Positions 35,923 to 50,589 of a DNA stretch of 64,000 nucleotides are shown piece by piece. The notes under the pieces were generated by a model that had not been told where the DNA came from, made no database searches, and saw only the letters and a list, made by a program, of their open reading frames with translations. The position numbers were made by a program, and so were the translations under genes. The DNA is from an uncultured Candidatus Poseidoniales archaeon (GTDB lineage Archaea; Thermoplasmatota; Poseidoniia; Poseidoniales; Thalassarchaeaceae): NCBI GenBank assembly GCA_964386765.1, contig CAYLUC010000002.1, positions 2,202-66,201 on the forward strand, read 5' to 3'. The stretch's first letter is position 1. The number at the start of each line of letters is the position of its first letter.

Positions 35923-36287
35923 GGCCCAATAAATCGAAGCATCCTTCCTGAGACAACTTCGATATAACCGCACCCCGACATCGCCAACCTTTCCTTGAGT
36001 CCGGTGTCAACGGTTAGTACTGGCCACCTATTTTCTTTGGATAGGTGTACTAGCATGTCGTCAGTGTGACTGTGCCCTTCTGGGTTTTCAATCATCGTTG
36101 ACCTAGCTTCAAGGAGTTTGAGCAGTAGCCCCCTTTTCTCCATTGCCAACTCATTCAACTCTTCCAGTACCTTCTCCAGTAGCATGAACTCGGGGTTTCC
36201 GACTACGTCCCTCATTGCGGTGTCTATGTTCAGGCCTGAGTCCATTAGTGCGGCCCAACCACATGAATCGACGAGCACGCCCGCCAT
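35919..36287 (-). CDS. PIN-domain protein
   Basis: 122 aa. N-terminal VLVDSCGWAALMD and C-terminal VLTVDTGLKERLAMSGCGYIEV are PIN-like acidic motifs. It lies directly upstream (same strand) of aIF2-gamma, a conserved archaeal arrangement. Confidence 0.55.
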   Translation of the reverse strand: MAGVLVDSCGWAALMDSGLNIDTAMRDVVGNPEFMLLEKVLEELNELAMEKRGLLLKLLEARSTMIENPEGHSHTDDMLVHLSKENRWPVLTVDTGLKERLAMSGCGYIEVVSGRMLRFIGP

Positions 36288-36291
36288 TGTA

Positions 36292-37542
36292 TCACCCTAT
36301 TATGGTCCCATGGCCAATCAATCGCCACCGGGAACCAACTCTTCTGGAAAGGGTAATCCTACTCCCGCTCTTTGCACATATTGGCAGCCTCAGATTAAGA
36401 GTCGCTCCCCCCTTCTTCGAAGATGACACGGTCCCCACGCTAGTTGCAGTTGCGGAGTTTACCATCAGCATCTCGTTGGTCTGAAGTGGCTTTACACTGC
36501 CCTCTTCCCCGTCTCCTCCCGAGACCATCCTCTCAAGTAGCTCCAACTTGAGCTCAAGAGCCTCCCAGATTGGGGGAAGCTCTCCCTCTCTGGCCATGAC
36601 TTGCCCGGAAAGATCGTCCGCCTTGGTTGACATTGGGTCCATGGGCGTGGCTATGCCACATAGGCCACCTGCGTGAGCAGACTCAAGGTCAAGGCCACCT
36701 GCCTGTATGTTCTCTATTTTTGTCTTTAGTGGCTCCCAGCGAGTTTTCCCGCCTGAAGAAACACGCCTTCCCGGAGCAATTAGCACTGAGTCTCCCACGT
36801 TGAATGAGCCCTCTACAATACTCCCTCCGATTATACCCCCTTTCAGCTTACCAGGTCTGGAACCAGGCCTGTTGATGTCGAAAGAACGAGCCACGTACAT
36901 CAGCCCCTCGTCCTCAGCCTTCCTTTCCGGGCTTGGTATCGTTTCCTCAATTGCCTGGATTAGGATATCCAAGTTAACATCATGGTGGGAAGAGACAGGA
37001 ACAATCGGCGCACCTTCTGCTATTGTACCCTTGACAAATGACTTAATCTCCTCAAAAGACTCAATGGCTCTTTCTCTGCTAACTATGTCTATCTTGTTCT
37101 GAACTACTACGATGTTCTCTATGCCAGCGATCTGGAGGGCTGCTAGATGCTCTCTAGTTTGTGCCTGCGGACACGTTTCGTTCGCAGCGACCATGAGGAG
37201 CGCCCCATCCATTATCGCGGCACCTGATATCATCACGGCCATCAAGGTCTCGTGTCCCGGGGCATCGACAAATGAGACGACTCGCAGAAGCTCATTATCT
37301 GGGTCCTCCTTTCCATCGGGATGTTTTCCACGTGCATAGAATTCCCCTCCCTTCGTTTGGTAGAATGCTGTATCGGCATATCCTAGCTTGATGCTTATGC
37401 CTCTCTTTCTTTCCTCTGAGTGAGTATCTGTCCAAGTTCCAGAGAGAGCTTGGGTGAGGGTAGTCTTCCCATGGTCAACGTGTCCGACCATTCCGATGTT
37501 TACTTCGGGCTGACTAGGTAGTTCTCCAGTCAGCTGAATCAT
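36292..37542 (-). CDS. eif2g: Translation initiation factor 2 subunit gamma (aIF2-gamma)
   Basis: GHVDHGKTTL, TWTDTHSEERKRGISIKLGYA, DAPGHE and NKID GTPase motifs. The start is set at MIQLTGEL (37542), which gives an 11-bp gap from rps6e. The longer ORF would overlap S6e by 65 bp. Confidence 0.9.
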   Translation of the reverse strand: MIQLTGELPSQPEVNIGMVGHVDHGKTTLTQALSGTWTDTHSEERKRGISIKLGYADTAFYQTKGGEFYARGKHPDGKEDPDNELLRVVSFVDAPGHETLMAVMISGAAIMDGALLMVAANETCPQAQTREHLAALQIAGIENIVVVQNKIDIVSRERAIESFEEIKSFVKGTIAEGAPIVPVSSHHDVNLDILIQAIEETIPSPERKAEDEGLMYVARSFDINRPGSRPGKLKGGIIGGSIVEGSFNVGDSVLIAPGRRVSSGGKTRWEPLKTKIENIQAGGLDLESAHAGGLCGIATPMDPMSTKADDLSGQVMAREGELPPIWEALELKLELLERMVSGGDGEEGSVKPLQTNEMLMVNSATATSVGTVSSSKKGGATLNLRLPICAKSGSRITLSRRVGSRWRLIGHGTIIG

Positions 37543-37552
37543 CTCCTGCCGG

Positions 37553-38050
37553 TCACTCCTCTTCACCAGAGGACTGTTCGACAGTTGCGACCTCTTCTTC
37601 GAGGCCGAAGATGACACCTATGGGCCTCTTTCCGGCCTCCACAATCTTCAGGTTAATTTGCCTTGTATCCTGGCTTATGACATTTCCACGGAGGTTTCTC
37701 CTTCTCCTAAGCCCATCGTACTTGTAACGGTAGGTCTTGCCCTTTTTCTTCACGTACTTCTTTCCCTTGTAACCAATTCCAGCGGTAATCAGCACCGATT
37801 TGACGCCACCGCCATCTAGGTCAGGACGCATGGGCCTTCCTGTGAGGTCAGACCCTCCCGTGATCTCTAGTTTGTATCCTGTAAGGGCTTGGTCGCCCTC
37901 CCCGACGAACATGCCATCGACACCATCGCCTATCTTCTTGCCCAGGAAGTGGTTGTAGTTTGAACCAGTTATGTCGACTGAGAAAGCACGGCCTCCGGCC
38001 TTTGGGTTTGTGTCATTAACAACCGCCTTGAAGGACTGCTCACCCGCCAT
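37553..38050 (-). CDS. rps6e: 30S ribosomal protein S6e
   Basis: KAVVNDTNPKAGGRAF..., GDQALTGYKLEITGGSD..GRPMRPDLDGG and GYKGKKYVKKKGK are typical S6e. The start is at ATG 38050, with AGGTG 8 nt upstream. Confidence 0.85.
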   Translation of the reverse strand: MAGEQSFKAVVNDTNPKAGGRAFSVDITGSNYNHFLGKKIGDGVDGMFVGEGDQALTGYKLEITGGSDLTGRPMRPDLDGGGVKSVLITAGIGYKGKKYVKKKGKTYRYKYDGLRRRRNLRGNVISQDTRQINLKIVEAGKRPIGVIFGLEEEVATVEQSSGEEE

Positions 38051-38115
38051 AATTACACCTCGGACGGCATCCCGACATAAGGCCCCTATAAGAGCGGTTC
38101 GGCATAGGTCCCGAT

Positions 38116-39384
38116 TCACTTCTGCCGCTTGGCAAACTCTTTCTCGATTCGACTCGCTATTCCTGCTGGTACTATGTTGGTCATAGTGATGTACTGTGTC
38201 CTGCCCCTCCCCACCGTAGAGTTGGCCGATCTCGTCTCAACCAGCCCCTGCTTCTCGAGGGTCTTCAGATGCTTCCAGAAAGTAGTATAACTTCTGGTTT
38301 TGAATTCGAACTCTTCACACACTAACTCATACAGCTTTCTAGCGTCGCCACTGGATACCTCTTCTTCCTTGCGCAGTCTCCTGCATATCCCCAGTAGGAC
38401 AAGTTTCTGATGGTCGCTTAACATGTCTATCTGACTTGGTTCGAGGGATGCCGTCCTTATCGTGCTAGGCGTCACGTCTTCAAGAAGAACCTCGCCTCTT
38501 CCAGCTTCCTCAGCCTTCCTAACCGCAGCTTCCAGGAGCTCTATGGCAAGCCTTGCGTCTCCTGTTTCCGCAGAGAATCTACCAATTTTTTCTAGAACCT
38601 CTATGCTAAACGAACCAGTCCTGCAGGATGCTTCGTAGCGCTGCCTTGCTATTCCAACAAGGGCCTCTGCGGAATATGGCTTGAGTCGAAGGACGCTGCT
38701 TTCTCCCAGCCTAGATATTATCGCCGGTTCCATTTGATCTAGCAAGTTATCGTCCTGGCTTACCAGGACTAGCGACAAAGAGCCATGTCCATCCTGACTC
38801 TCATCAATCCTCAGAAGTTTGTATATCAAATCATGACTATCTCGTCTGATCAGGACATCTACTTCGTCCAGTACTAGGAGAAGATGCCCCCCTCTGGATC
38901 TGATGTTCCTCCTTATCGATTGTATTATTTCTCCCGAACTGAAACCACGTTCTGGGTGTCTGGAGTCAAGTGAAATTGCAATCTGCTGAAGTACTTGTGA
39001 AGTTGATGGATGATTTCTGCAGTTAACATGGGAAACCACAATCCTCCTCTTGCCGTCTAGGGCCCTCATCAGGTCTTCCCCGAATCTTTTCGTGAGTACA
39101 GTTTTGCCGGTTCCCACTTGCCCCATTATTACAGCACGTCCACTCACTCCTTCGTTACCAATTCCAAGGAACATCGAAGCGAGCTCAGACAATTCCGAGT
39201 CTCTTCCCACTAATGTCGGAGGAGTCCAGTCGAATGACAACGGGACACGGTCTAGGAGGACCTTGCCCGCGCCAATCCTGTCTACTATGTAGTCCGCCAT
39301 CACACTAGTCGTACTAACGTCGTTCTTAGACATATTCTGAACGATGCCCTCGATGGTGCCAATTGCCTCATGGAACGAAGGCAA
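38116..39384 (-). CDS. cdc6: Orc1/Cdc6 replication initiation protein (canonical)
   Basis: Walker A GQVGTGKTV, Walker B LLLVLDEVD, sensor-2 ETGDARLAIELLEAA, and a C-terminal winged helix (QGLVETRSANSTVGRGRTQYI). Confidence 0.9.
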   Translation of the reverse strand: MPSFHEAIGTIEGIVQNMSKNDVSTTSVMADYIVDRIGAGKVLLDRVPLSFDWTPPTLVGRDSELSELASMFLGIGNEGVSGRAVIMGQVGTGKTVLTKRFGEDLMRALDGKRRIVVSHVNCRNHPSTSQVLQQIAISLDSRHPERGFSSGEIIQSIRRNIRSRGGHLLLVLDEVDVLIRRDSHDLIYKLLRIDESQDGHGSLSLVLVSQDDNLLDQMEPAIISRLGESSVLRLKPYSAEALVGIARQRYEASCRTGSFSIEVLEKIGRFSAETGDARLAIELLEAAVRKAEEAGRGEVLLEDVTPSTIRTASLEPSQIDMLSDHQKLVLLGICRRLRKEEEVSSGDARKLYELVCEEFEFKTRSYTTFWKHLKTLEKQGLVETRSANSTVGRGRTQYITMTNIVPAGIASRIEKEFAKRQK

Positions 39385-39387
39385 CCA

Positions 39388-40494
39388 TCATGGGATTTCA
39401 TCGAATTGGTAGCCATGTTCCCAACTCTTTTCGCCAAGGGCGACTTCTAGTTCGTAGGGAGTAACAAGTGGCTTCTCGTATCTCACAGAATCATCTATTG
39501 CTATGCGAGGGCAAGCAGTGTTTACGAAAGCGTCCACAGGGTAGAAATCAATCAAATCGGGACTAACGTGATCCAGCGCAAGCAAATACCCCTTCTTTCC
39601 ATGCATCTCCAGCATTCTCTTCATCCGTATTGCCAAGTTCCTTCTCATTTGACCAGGCTTTTCACCAATCAGTATTCCGAATGTCTTTGACTCTCCAATC
39701 TTCATAATCAATCCAAATCTCTGACGTAGAATCCTCTCAATCCTGGAGAATGACATCTCACTAGCATCTCCCGTATATGGGTCTAGTAGTGCTAGGGGTT
39801 TGCCAGTGTGTAGTACCATACCTATTGGGTGGAAATCGCCTGAACCAAGGAATAGGTAGTGCCCTATGGTCGAGTCGTCACCTGAATAGTTGCATCCTAG
39901 GACTTGCCCTGGAAATGTCAAGCGATCCCCTCCCGTTGGTATCGTGACCTCGAATCCCGATTCCTCGAGCATCTCTTTGTATCTGGGGAGTAAGTGCAGG
40001 TGCTGTATTGAACCAACAAGACCCAATCTGGTATCGCTCAGGGGGGAAATCCTCCCCACAGCATCAAGAAACCTGTCTTGCGCCTCCTCCTCACTTAGTT
40101 GGGAAGGCGCGCTACCCTCGAGTTTCTCCATGGACATGCTCCTATGTCTGCTGAGAATCTCCAATACGGGTTCAATCTCCGGCTCTCCCTCGTATGTCAC
40201 TGGGATGAACTGGGTCGGCATTCCCGAGTCTATGTTCATCTGGCTATGTCCCATGTGAGCAACTAATTCTACTCCCATGGCCATCATCTTGTCATGCACT
40301 AGGTCACACGCCCCGTAACATGGATCGGCCGCAAGAACCACTTTGGCGCCCGATCCCTCCTCTATCTGATCCATCATTTCAAGAGCCTGCATCTTCAGTC
40401 CTTCAGGAACCTGGAGGGCAACCAATCTGTGATCATTCGATTTGATTCTGCCAACTAACTCATCTAGCTGGAAATCATGCCTATCAAGATCCAT
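39388..40494 (-). CDS. dph2: 2-(3-amino-3-carboxypropyl)histidine synthase (diphthamide biosynthesis, Dph2)
   Basis: Three conserved Cys-containing segments (CYGACD, GCNYS, NTACPR) and overall collinearity with P. horikoshii Dph2. The start is at MDLDRH (40494). Confidence 0.85.
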   Translation of the reverse strand: MDLDRHDFQLDELVGRIKSNDHRLVALQVPEGLKMQALEMMDQIEEGSGAKVVLAADPCYGACDLVHDKMMAMGVELVAHMGHSQMNIDSGMPTQFIPVTYEGEPEIEPVLEILSRHRSMSMEKLEGSAPSQLSEEEAQDRFLDAVGRISPLSDTRLGLVGSIQHLHLLPRYKEMLEESGFEVTIPTGGDRLTFPGQVLGCNYSGDDSTIGHYLFLGSGDFHPIGMVLHTGKPLALLDPYTGDASEMSFSRIERILRQRFGLIMKIGESKTFGILIGEKPGQMRRNLAIRMKRMLEMHGKKGYLLALDHVSPDLIDFYPVDAFVNTACPRIAIDDSVRYEKPLVTPYELEVALGEKSWEHGYQFDEIP

Positions 40495-40498
40495 AATA

Positions 40499-41077
40499 TC
40501 ACTCGACAATCTCGACCTTTCCATCAATGATATCAATTCTGGCTAGAGTCCTAATCGGCCAGTTCGGCTTCTCCGTTGCAAGGCGCTCACGGCCTTCCCC
40601 CTTCTCAATAGCAATGATGATTTCCTGCAGGGTCGCGCCCATCCCCTCTATGGCCTCTAGAATTGGCTCTAGGGTCCCTCCCGTTGAGATTACATCGTCA
40701 ACGATGAGGACACGCTCTCCCGGTTTGATGTCGTTAATGTAGGTCGTAGAATGGGAATAACCAGTTGACACGTCAACTTGGACCTCGCCTTCCATTCCGT
40801 AGGATCTCTTTCTAATTACGACAGTCGGTTTCCCAGATGCATCACCAACCGCTGCAAGAAGGGGCAGTCCCATGGCCTCCACACTTACTATCAGATCTAT
40901 CTTGGACCAGTCAACCATCGAGACAATAAGATCCCTAGTTGCTCTGAGTACCTTCGCCTCCATTCGTGGTATCCCATCTGAAATTGGGTGAATGAAGTAG
41001 GGATATTCCCCCTTCCAGATTATTGGTGCTCCCCTGAGGGAATCGTGTAGTACAGATAGAGGGTCGTCGGGCTCCAT
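40499..41077 (-). CDS. Purine phosphoribosyltransferase-family protein (PRPP-binding, type I PRTase fold)
   Basis: PRPP-binding motif VLIVDDVISTGGTL, and IDLIVSVEAMGLPLLAAV. The start at 41077 is preceded by the Shine-Dalgarno-like GAGGTTGGGGGG. Confidence 0.7.
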   Translation of the reverse strand: MEPDDPLSVLHDSLRGAPIIWKGEYPYFIHPISDGIPRMEAKVLRATRDLIVSMVDWSKIDLIVSVEAMGLPLLAAVGDASGKPTVVIRKRSYGMEGEVQVDVSTGYSHSTTYINDIKPGERVLIVDDVISTGGTLEPILEAIEGMGATLQEIIIAIEKGEGRERLATEKPNWPIRTLARIDIIDGKVEIVE

Positions 41078-41088
41078 GCCCCCCAACC

Positions 41089-41628
41089 TCACACTTTGCC
41101 CTTCAATTGCTCGGCTCCCTTGACTACCTTCACGGTACAGGGCGTTGGGAACTTGCAACTCGCCTTTCTCAGAGATTCTCTAGCAGCGTCATAGTGTTCT
41201 GGAAGGGTGTGAATGGAAATCACCCTCTGACCTCTCAGGACTCTGGCAGCTGTGCCCACGTTCTTTCCGTAGGCCTGCCTCATTCCCTGTGAAACACGAT
41301 CGGCCCCCGCTCCAGTGGCCTGCTTGTTCTCCCTTAGGATCTGATGGGGGTACACATGAATTCTGAGGGCATATCCCTCGGTTCCAGCTGACTCCCTAAT
41401 TGTTGCATTCGAAACCTGCCTGGCTGCCTCAAGAGCCGTATCCCTGATTTGGCAGGTGTTGTCTGAAGTCAATTCCAGAGTGACCGGGAACTCCCCTGCC
41501 TCGGCAACCTTCCTATTCCCCATGAAGTACCTCAGGATTCTATTGTTGGGGACTCCTCCAGAGTACTCCCGGCGCGTGAAAGATTGACCCTTCACCTGAC
41601 GATACATCTTTGCGGGCTTGCGTGCCAT
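41089..41628 (-). CDS. rpl10e: 50S ribosomal protein L10e (uL16)
   Basis: The N-terminus MARKPAKMYRQVKGQSFTRREYSGGVP is the canonical L10e start. 179 aa. Confidence 0.9.
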   Translation of the reverse strand: MARKPAKMYRQVKGQSFTRREYSGGVPNNRILRYFMGNRKVAEAGEFPVTLELTSDNTCQIRDTALEAARQVSNATIRESAGTEGYALRIHVYPHQILRENKQATGAGADRVSQGMRQAYGKNVGTAARVLRGQRVISIHTLPEHYDAARESLRKASCKFPTPCTVKVVKGAEQLKGKV

Positions 41629-41701
41629 ATTACCTGCCTCTCTCGCGGGCGACCGACCCCCTCTATTTAATCGTGAGTACGCATCAAAAGTTGCATTTTC
41701 A

Positions 41702-42649
41702 CTAGCCCTCTAACTTCTCGCTTTCTTTCTGGACCTCACGTACTCCGAGAACGATTAGTATGAAGCCCACCCCCATAGAGGCCCCAATATTCTCTCCGAG
41801 TAATGCCCAACCACTCAACACTCCGAAAACAGGAACTAGGAAAACGTAAGAAGCCGCAGCAGTAGGGCCGATTCTATCAATTCCCCTTACAAACCAAACA
41901 TACGACAATACAGTCGAGAATATTCCCAGATATGCTATGGAGAGCAATTCAATATCGTTAGGGGCAGGGATTCCGGTCTGAGCTATTTCCACTATCATCC
42001 AGGGAGTTAACATCAACCATCCGACTATCGAGTACCAAACAACGATTTCAATAACCGTTCCTTTGTTCTCTCCGAGCAATATCTTTGTCAGATTGCTAGT
42101 GGCGGCCCACGACAAAGCCGCCCCAATAATCATCAGATCCCCAATCAACCTATGTTCGAATGGAATTCCGGAATTCGGACTCCAACCAACAACAGTCACA
42201 ACTCCAGACATCCCAATGAGTAAACCCAACGCCATTCTTCTCGAGATTCTCTGGCCAAGCATCGGTGCTGCCAGAAGGACGGTGAATACCGGATTAATTG
42301 GAATAATTAACGAGGCATCTCCAGCTGCGGTCCACCTCATACCGTGCATGAAAAGAAGCTGGTAAACCATTGTCCCAAGGAGCCCTAGCCAGATGGTATA
42401 TTTCCAGGAAAGAGAATCCGGGGGAAGCATCCTGGTCTTATTTTCCCCCTTGCTAAAGTAACACCATGCATAGAACACAATCACTACCACTGCGTACCTA
42501 AGCCATGCCGCGGTAGCCGGCTCAAGTGAGGCCCTACTGTTTTCATCCAGGCCATAACTAAGGAACCTGCCCACTGCCCAAGTCGAACCCCAGATTATCG
42601 CCACAAGTAGCAATAGTGCGTGGGTACCGATGTTTTTCGTCCAGGCCAC
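41702..42649 (-). CDS. DMT-superfamily (EamA-type) membrane transporter
   Basis: 315 aa with about 10 TM helices in two repeated halves, typical of EamA domains. Confidence 0.75.
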   Translation of the reverse strand: MAWTKNIGTHALLLLVAIIWGSTWAVGRFLSYGLDENSRASLEPATAAWLRYAVVVIVFYAWCYFSKGENKTRMLPPDSLSWKYTIWLGLLGTMVYQLLFMHGMRWTAAGDASLIIPINPVFTVLLAAPMLGQRISRRMALGLLIGMSGVVTVVGWSPNSGIPFEHRLIGDLMIIGAALSWAATSNLTKILLGENKGTVIEIVVWYSIVGWLMLTPWMIVEIAQTGIPAPNDIELLSIAYLGIFSTVLSYVWFVRGIDRIGPTAAASYVFLVPVFGVLSGWALLGENIGASMGVGFILIVLGVREVQKESEKLEG

Positions 42650-42694
42650 ACTAAACCCCTCGTTATTCCGAGTGCCTAGTGCTCTTGAATATGC

Positions 42695-43903
42695 CTAGAA
42701 GGGCCGGACCAGAGAAATAATCTTGTCAATGAAAGAAGGGTCGGTTACCGCTGAACATTCAGGCTCCAATATGGTCCCTCCAGTTTTACTCGCGAGTGCC
42801 ATCGCAGTCATTGCTAATCTATGGTCTCCATGAGTTTCCACTGGTTCCTCGGGTCTTACTGGATGTTGACTCCCGCGGATCAATAGTCCATCATCCGTTT
42901 CCTTCGAGTACAATCCGAATGACTCCAGTAGCTCGACAGTTTTCGAAATTCTGTCAGACTCCTTTCCCCTTGCATGTGCCGCACCACTAATGCGACCACC
43001 ATCGCCAATGGCCATTATCGCTGCTAGGGGGGTAATGATGTCACTTGCCTCGCCAAGAAATACCTCATTTTCGCCTTCCTCGATGGATTTAATAGTTCCA
43101 GAAATGCCAATTCCGGAGTCTTCCACACCAGTTACAAAATTGACCCCATGAAGATGTGACAGTAGAATTGCCACGGGACGAAGACTTTCCTCATGCGGAA
43201 TCTGAATACTCCCTGGAATGTCAATTTCCCATGGGGGCAGGATGGCCACGCCTCCCTCGACAGTCATCTTTGAGCCACAAGAAATGCAAACCTCTTGTGT
43301 GAGCATCCAGTATCCGCTGCTGACAGATTCCCCAGAGAGCGATATTCGGAGTTCTTCTTCGAATCCGTGGGACGCTATCATCAGTGAGCTCAGGCCCTGG
43401 CTAGTTCTGCTCCAATCGTGAAGAACATCATAATTCTCAATTCCCCCGGAAATTGTTCTTGGTACACTGTCCGAGTCAATGGCGCATCCCATTTGTCTTA
43501 GCGTTGAGCAGAGTTCCTTGGAGCTCCTAGATCTTAGTGTTTGGTCACCATCCAAGGAAACAGTACCGGCATTGCAAGCGGAAATGGCAGTTAGGAAATT
43601 CGCCGTCGTGCCAGAGTTCCCGCAATCAAGAAACAATGAGTCAAGAGCATTATTGGATGATCCCCTTACTAGCCATCCAGAGTCTCGTTCCTCTATGAAA
43701 GAACCCATTTTCTCAATACATTTCGACATAGAAACAGCATCATTTCCAGGAGCTCCCTTGAATGTAAGAAACACCTCTTGCTCTGTCTGGGAAACCAGTG
43801 CAAGCCACCTAATCAGATGGCTCTTCGAAGGGGGCAGACTCCACTCGACAGGAGAGCTCAGTGAGGCCGGCTCAATGGTGAGCATGTTGTTTGGAGTAGA
43901 CAT
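42695..43903 (-). CDS. aroA: 3-phosphoshikimate 1-carboxyvinyltransferase (EPSP synthase, AroA)
   Basis: LPPSKSH, DCGNSGTTANFL and GDHRLAMTAMALA motifs. The start is set at MSTPNNMLTIEP (43903). The ORF-track start at 43987 would overlap the upstream gene. Confidence 0.85.
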   Translation of the reverse strand: MSTPNNMLTIEPASLSSPVEWSLPPSKSHLIRWLALVSQTEQEVFLTFKGAPGNDAVSMSKCIEKMGSFIEERDSGWLVRGSSNNALDSLFLDCGNSGTTANFLTAISACNAGTVSLDGDQTLRSRSSKELCSTLRQMGCAIDSDSVPRTISGGIENYDVLHDWSRTSQGLSSLMIASHGFEEELRISLSGESVSSGYWMLTQEVCISCGSKMTVEGGVAILPPWEIDIPGSIQIPHEESLRPVAILLSHLHGVNFVTGVEDSGIGISGTIKSIEEGENEVFLGEASDIITPLAAIMAIGDGGRISGAAHARGKESDRISKTVELLESFGLYSKETDDGLLIRGSQHPVRPEEPVETHGDHRLAMTAMALASKTGGTILEPECSAVTDPSFIDKIISLVRPF

Positions 43904-43925
43904 TTCATGTTCAATCCTCGCATTA

Positions 43926-44748
43926 TCAGGACCTAATCCAATCTCCAAAATCACACTCTTCATCCCATTCCAGGGACTTCTGATCAATGAGGCTATCTTC
44001 CATGGTTCGTTCCAGAGTATCTTCGATGACTACCAAGTTGTTTCTCTCGAGTAGCTTGGGACTCAGGCCCGGCATCAATATGGCCACTGCCCGAGGGACT
44101 CTCCCAGGATAAACTTCGTTCACATGTCCAACAATGTTGGTAGTGCACGTGTTGGTAATTGTGTTGTACCATTCAGGCTCGTCAATTAATTTGTTAGTTC
44201 TCCTCAAGTATGACTCAAACATTCTTCTTTCGTTACCCGGGCCCAGAACCACTCCTTCGAATAGGTGGGTGTTGGATTTCTTCCTGCAACGCCCCCTCAC
44301 CCCGATCACATCCCTCTCTGTGCCCCAGACGTAAATTAGCTCGTAGGACCTGAATAATCCCTTTACTGGGTGATATCTAGCGCCTTCTTTCTTACGGACC
44401 TCAATTGAACAAGCCAACCTTGTACCATCTGCAAACTCGTAACTAAGGATGGTGTGAGCCATCTCCTTCCTATCCGGCTCGAAGTATTCCAGAATGAACC
44501 AAATCTTAGTGACTTCGTCGAGATCAACTTTGACGTCGATCCACCTCTCGTCAAAGTCCCTGGTTGTCCTCCAATTGAAGTCCCTAACATTCCTAATTGT
44601 GACAGTATTGCCTTCAAATTCTGCTTTAGCTAGCCTCTGATTGTCGTTAACCCATGATCTGTCATTGGAGGGGGACATGGCAAAATGCCTTCTTATTACG
44701 AGTGCCAAAAGTAGCAATATGAGCCCTAGGAAAAGACTCGCGAAGGTG
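43926..44748 (-). CDS. membrane-anchored protein, DUF4105 (Lnb N-terminal domain)-like
   Basis: N-terminal TM anchor, and a conserved YNTITNTCTTNIV segment resembling the NCTT motif of DUF4105, from memory. The first 36 codons of the ORF-track model are antisense to tRNA-Ser, so the start is moved to the in-frame GTG at 44748. ATG 44678 is also possible. Confidence 0.45.
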
Positions 44749-44801
44749 ATGGCCACAACACTCGTGAGGGCAGGTATTGGATGAATACTACCCCATTTTG
44801 A

Positions 44802-44888
44802 TGGCGCGGCAGGGGAGATTCGAACTCCCGAGGTGAAACACCACTGGATTAGCAATCCAGCGCAATGGCCAGGCTATGCGACTGCCGC
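44802..44888 (-). tRNA. tRNA-Ser (anticodon GCU), class II with long variable arm, encoded 3' CCA
   Basis: The reverse complement reads GCGGCAG-TC-...-CTGGA-TTGCTAA-TCCAG-(GGTGTTTCACC)-GGGAG-TTCGAAT-CTCCC-CTGCCGC-G-CCA. Perfect 7-bp acceptor stem, GTTCGAAT T-loop, and anticodon loop TTGCTAA. Confidence 0.85.
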
Positions 44889-44933
44889 AGTGTTCCCGCG
44901 AGCCAAGTCATTCGCTTAAGGCGAGCGGTGCCT

Positions 44934-49633
<4,700 letters not shown>

Positions 49634-49785
49634 TCACGCTTATCCCTGAAGGTCGGTGGTTATTCAACCCTACTAGTGGAAGGATGAAAAATCGCTATTT
49701 TCAACCATTATTGGTATATTTCGATATAATTGCAGAGTTGAGTCACACGACATGGTTAAACAGAATCCTAGGGTCGAGCGGTTGG

Positions 49786-50589
49786 ATGGAACTGCCGCTC
49801 GTGTGTGTTGTCCTGAGCGGCTGTACTGTAGACGAGATGCTCAAAGACGCGGCAATGGCCACGGCTTCCGGTGCGGACTTGGTAGAGGTTCGACTGGATC
49901 GCCTCTGGGTCAGGCAAGTATTTCCCGAGCCGGAGGAGACTTCTGAGGAGACGAGGGGACGAAGAAATGAGAGGCAGGAGCCAGACTATGTTCCACAGCC
50001 ACTTGACTCAGTTGACTTGAATTCTGTCCTCGACTCATTCAAGCAGGGAGTCGAATTGCCTGTAATATTGACTTGCAGGCCGATGTCCCAAGGGGGGTAC
50101 TTCCCTGGTAATGAGGAAGAGAGATTGAATGTTCTAAGCGAGGGCATCAAGAGTAGGCCAAGCTGGGTTGATCTAGAAATCGACATTGCTGAGAAGTCAC
50201 GGAAGAAACTCATGAAATTGGCATCGGGTAAGACGAAGGTGATATGCTCTCACCATTCATCCGAGAATCCGCCTCCAACTAGTGAAATTGTGGCCGATGT
50301 CGAAGAGATGTCTACATTGGGTGACATGGTGAAGATTTGTTATCCAACTGGGGGGATAGAGGGCTCATTGAGATTATTCGAAGCCGCATGGGAGTTGAAG
50401 GGCTCCAAAGTTAGCAACTCAATAATGGGACTCGGCTCAGGAGGGGACTGGACAAGGATTCACGCACCCCTTCTCGGACAATACATGGTTTACTCAACCA
50501 TGGAAGTGGGATGGCATTTGGCGTACAAAGGGAAAATCAACAGGTCCGATCTTTCCACGGCCTGGGGACTCCTTGGCTATACTAACTAA
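49786..50589 (+). CDS. aroD: 3-dehydroquinate dehydratase, type I (AroD)
   Basis: LVEVRLD, ILTCRP..QGG, DLEI, ICSHH and MGLGSGG..R align with the E. coli AroD catalytic His and Lys regions. The start is set at MELPLV (49786). There is an acidic insertion of about 45 aa after the LVEVRLD motif. Confidence 0.8.
   Translation: MELPLVCVVLSGCTVDEMLKDAAMATASGADLVEVRLDRLWVRQVFPEPEETSEETRGRRNERQEPDYVPQPLDSVDLNSVLDSFKQGVELPVILTCRPMSQGGYFPGNEEERLNVLSEGIKSRPSWVDLEIDIAEKSRKKLMKLASGKTKVICSHHSSENPPPTSEIVADVEEMSTLGDMVKICYPTGGIEGSLRLFEAAWELKGSKVSNSIMGLGSGGDWTRIHAPLLGQYMVYSTMEVGWHLAYKGKINRSDLSTAWGLLGYTN

Noticed and set aside
44749-44855. N-terminal 36 codons of the 43926..44855 ORF
   Set aside because: This stretch is the antisense of tRNA-Ser(GCU), and a CDS start there is implausible.
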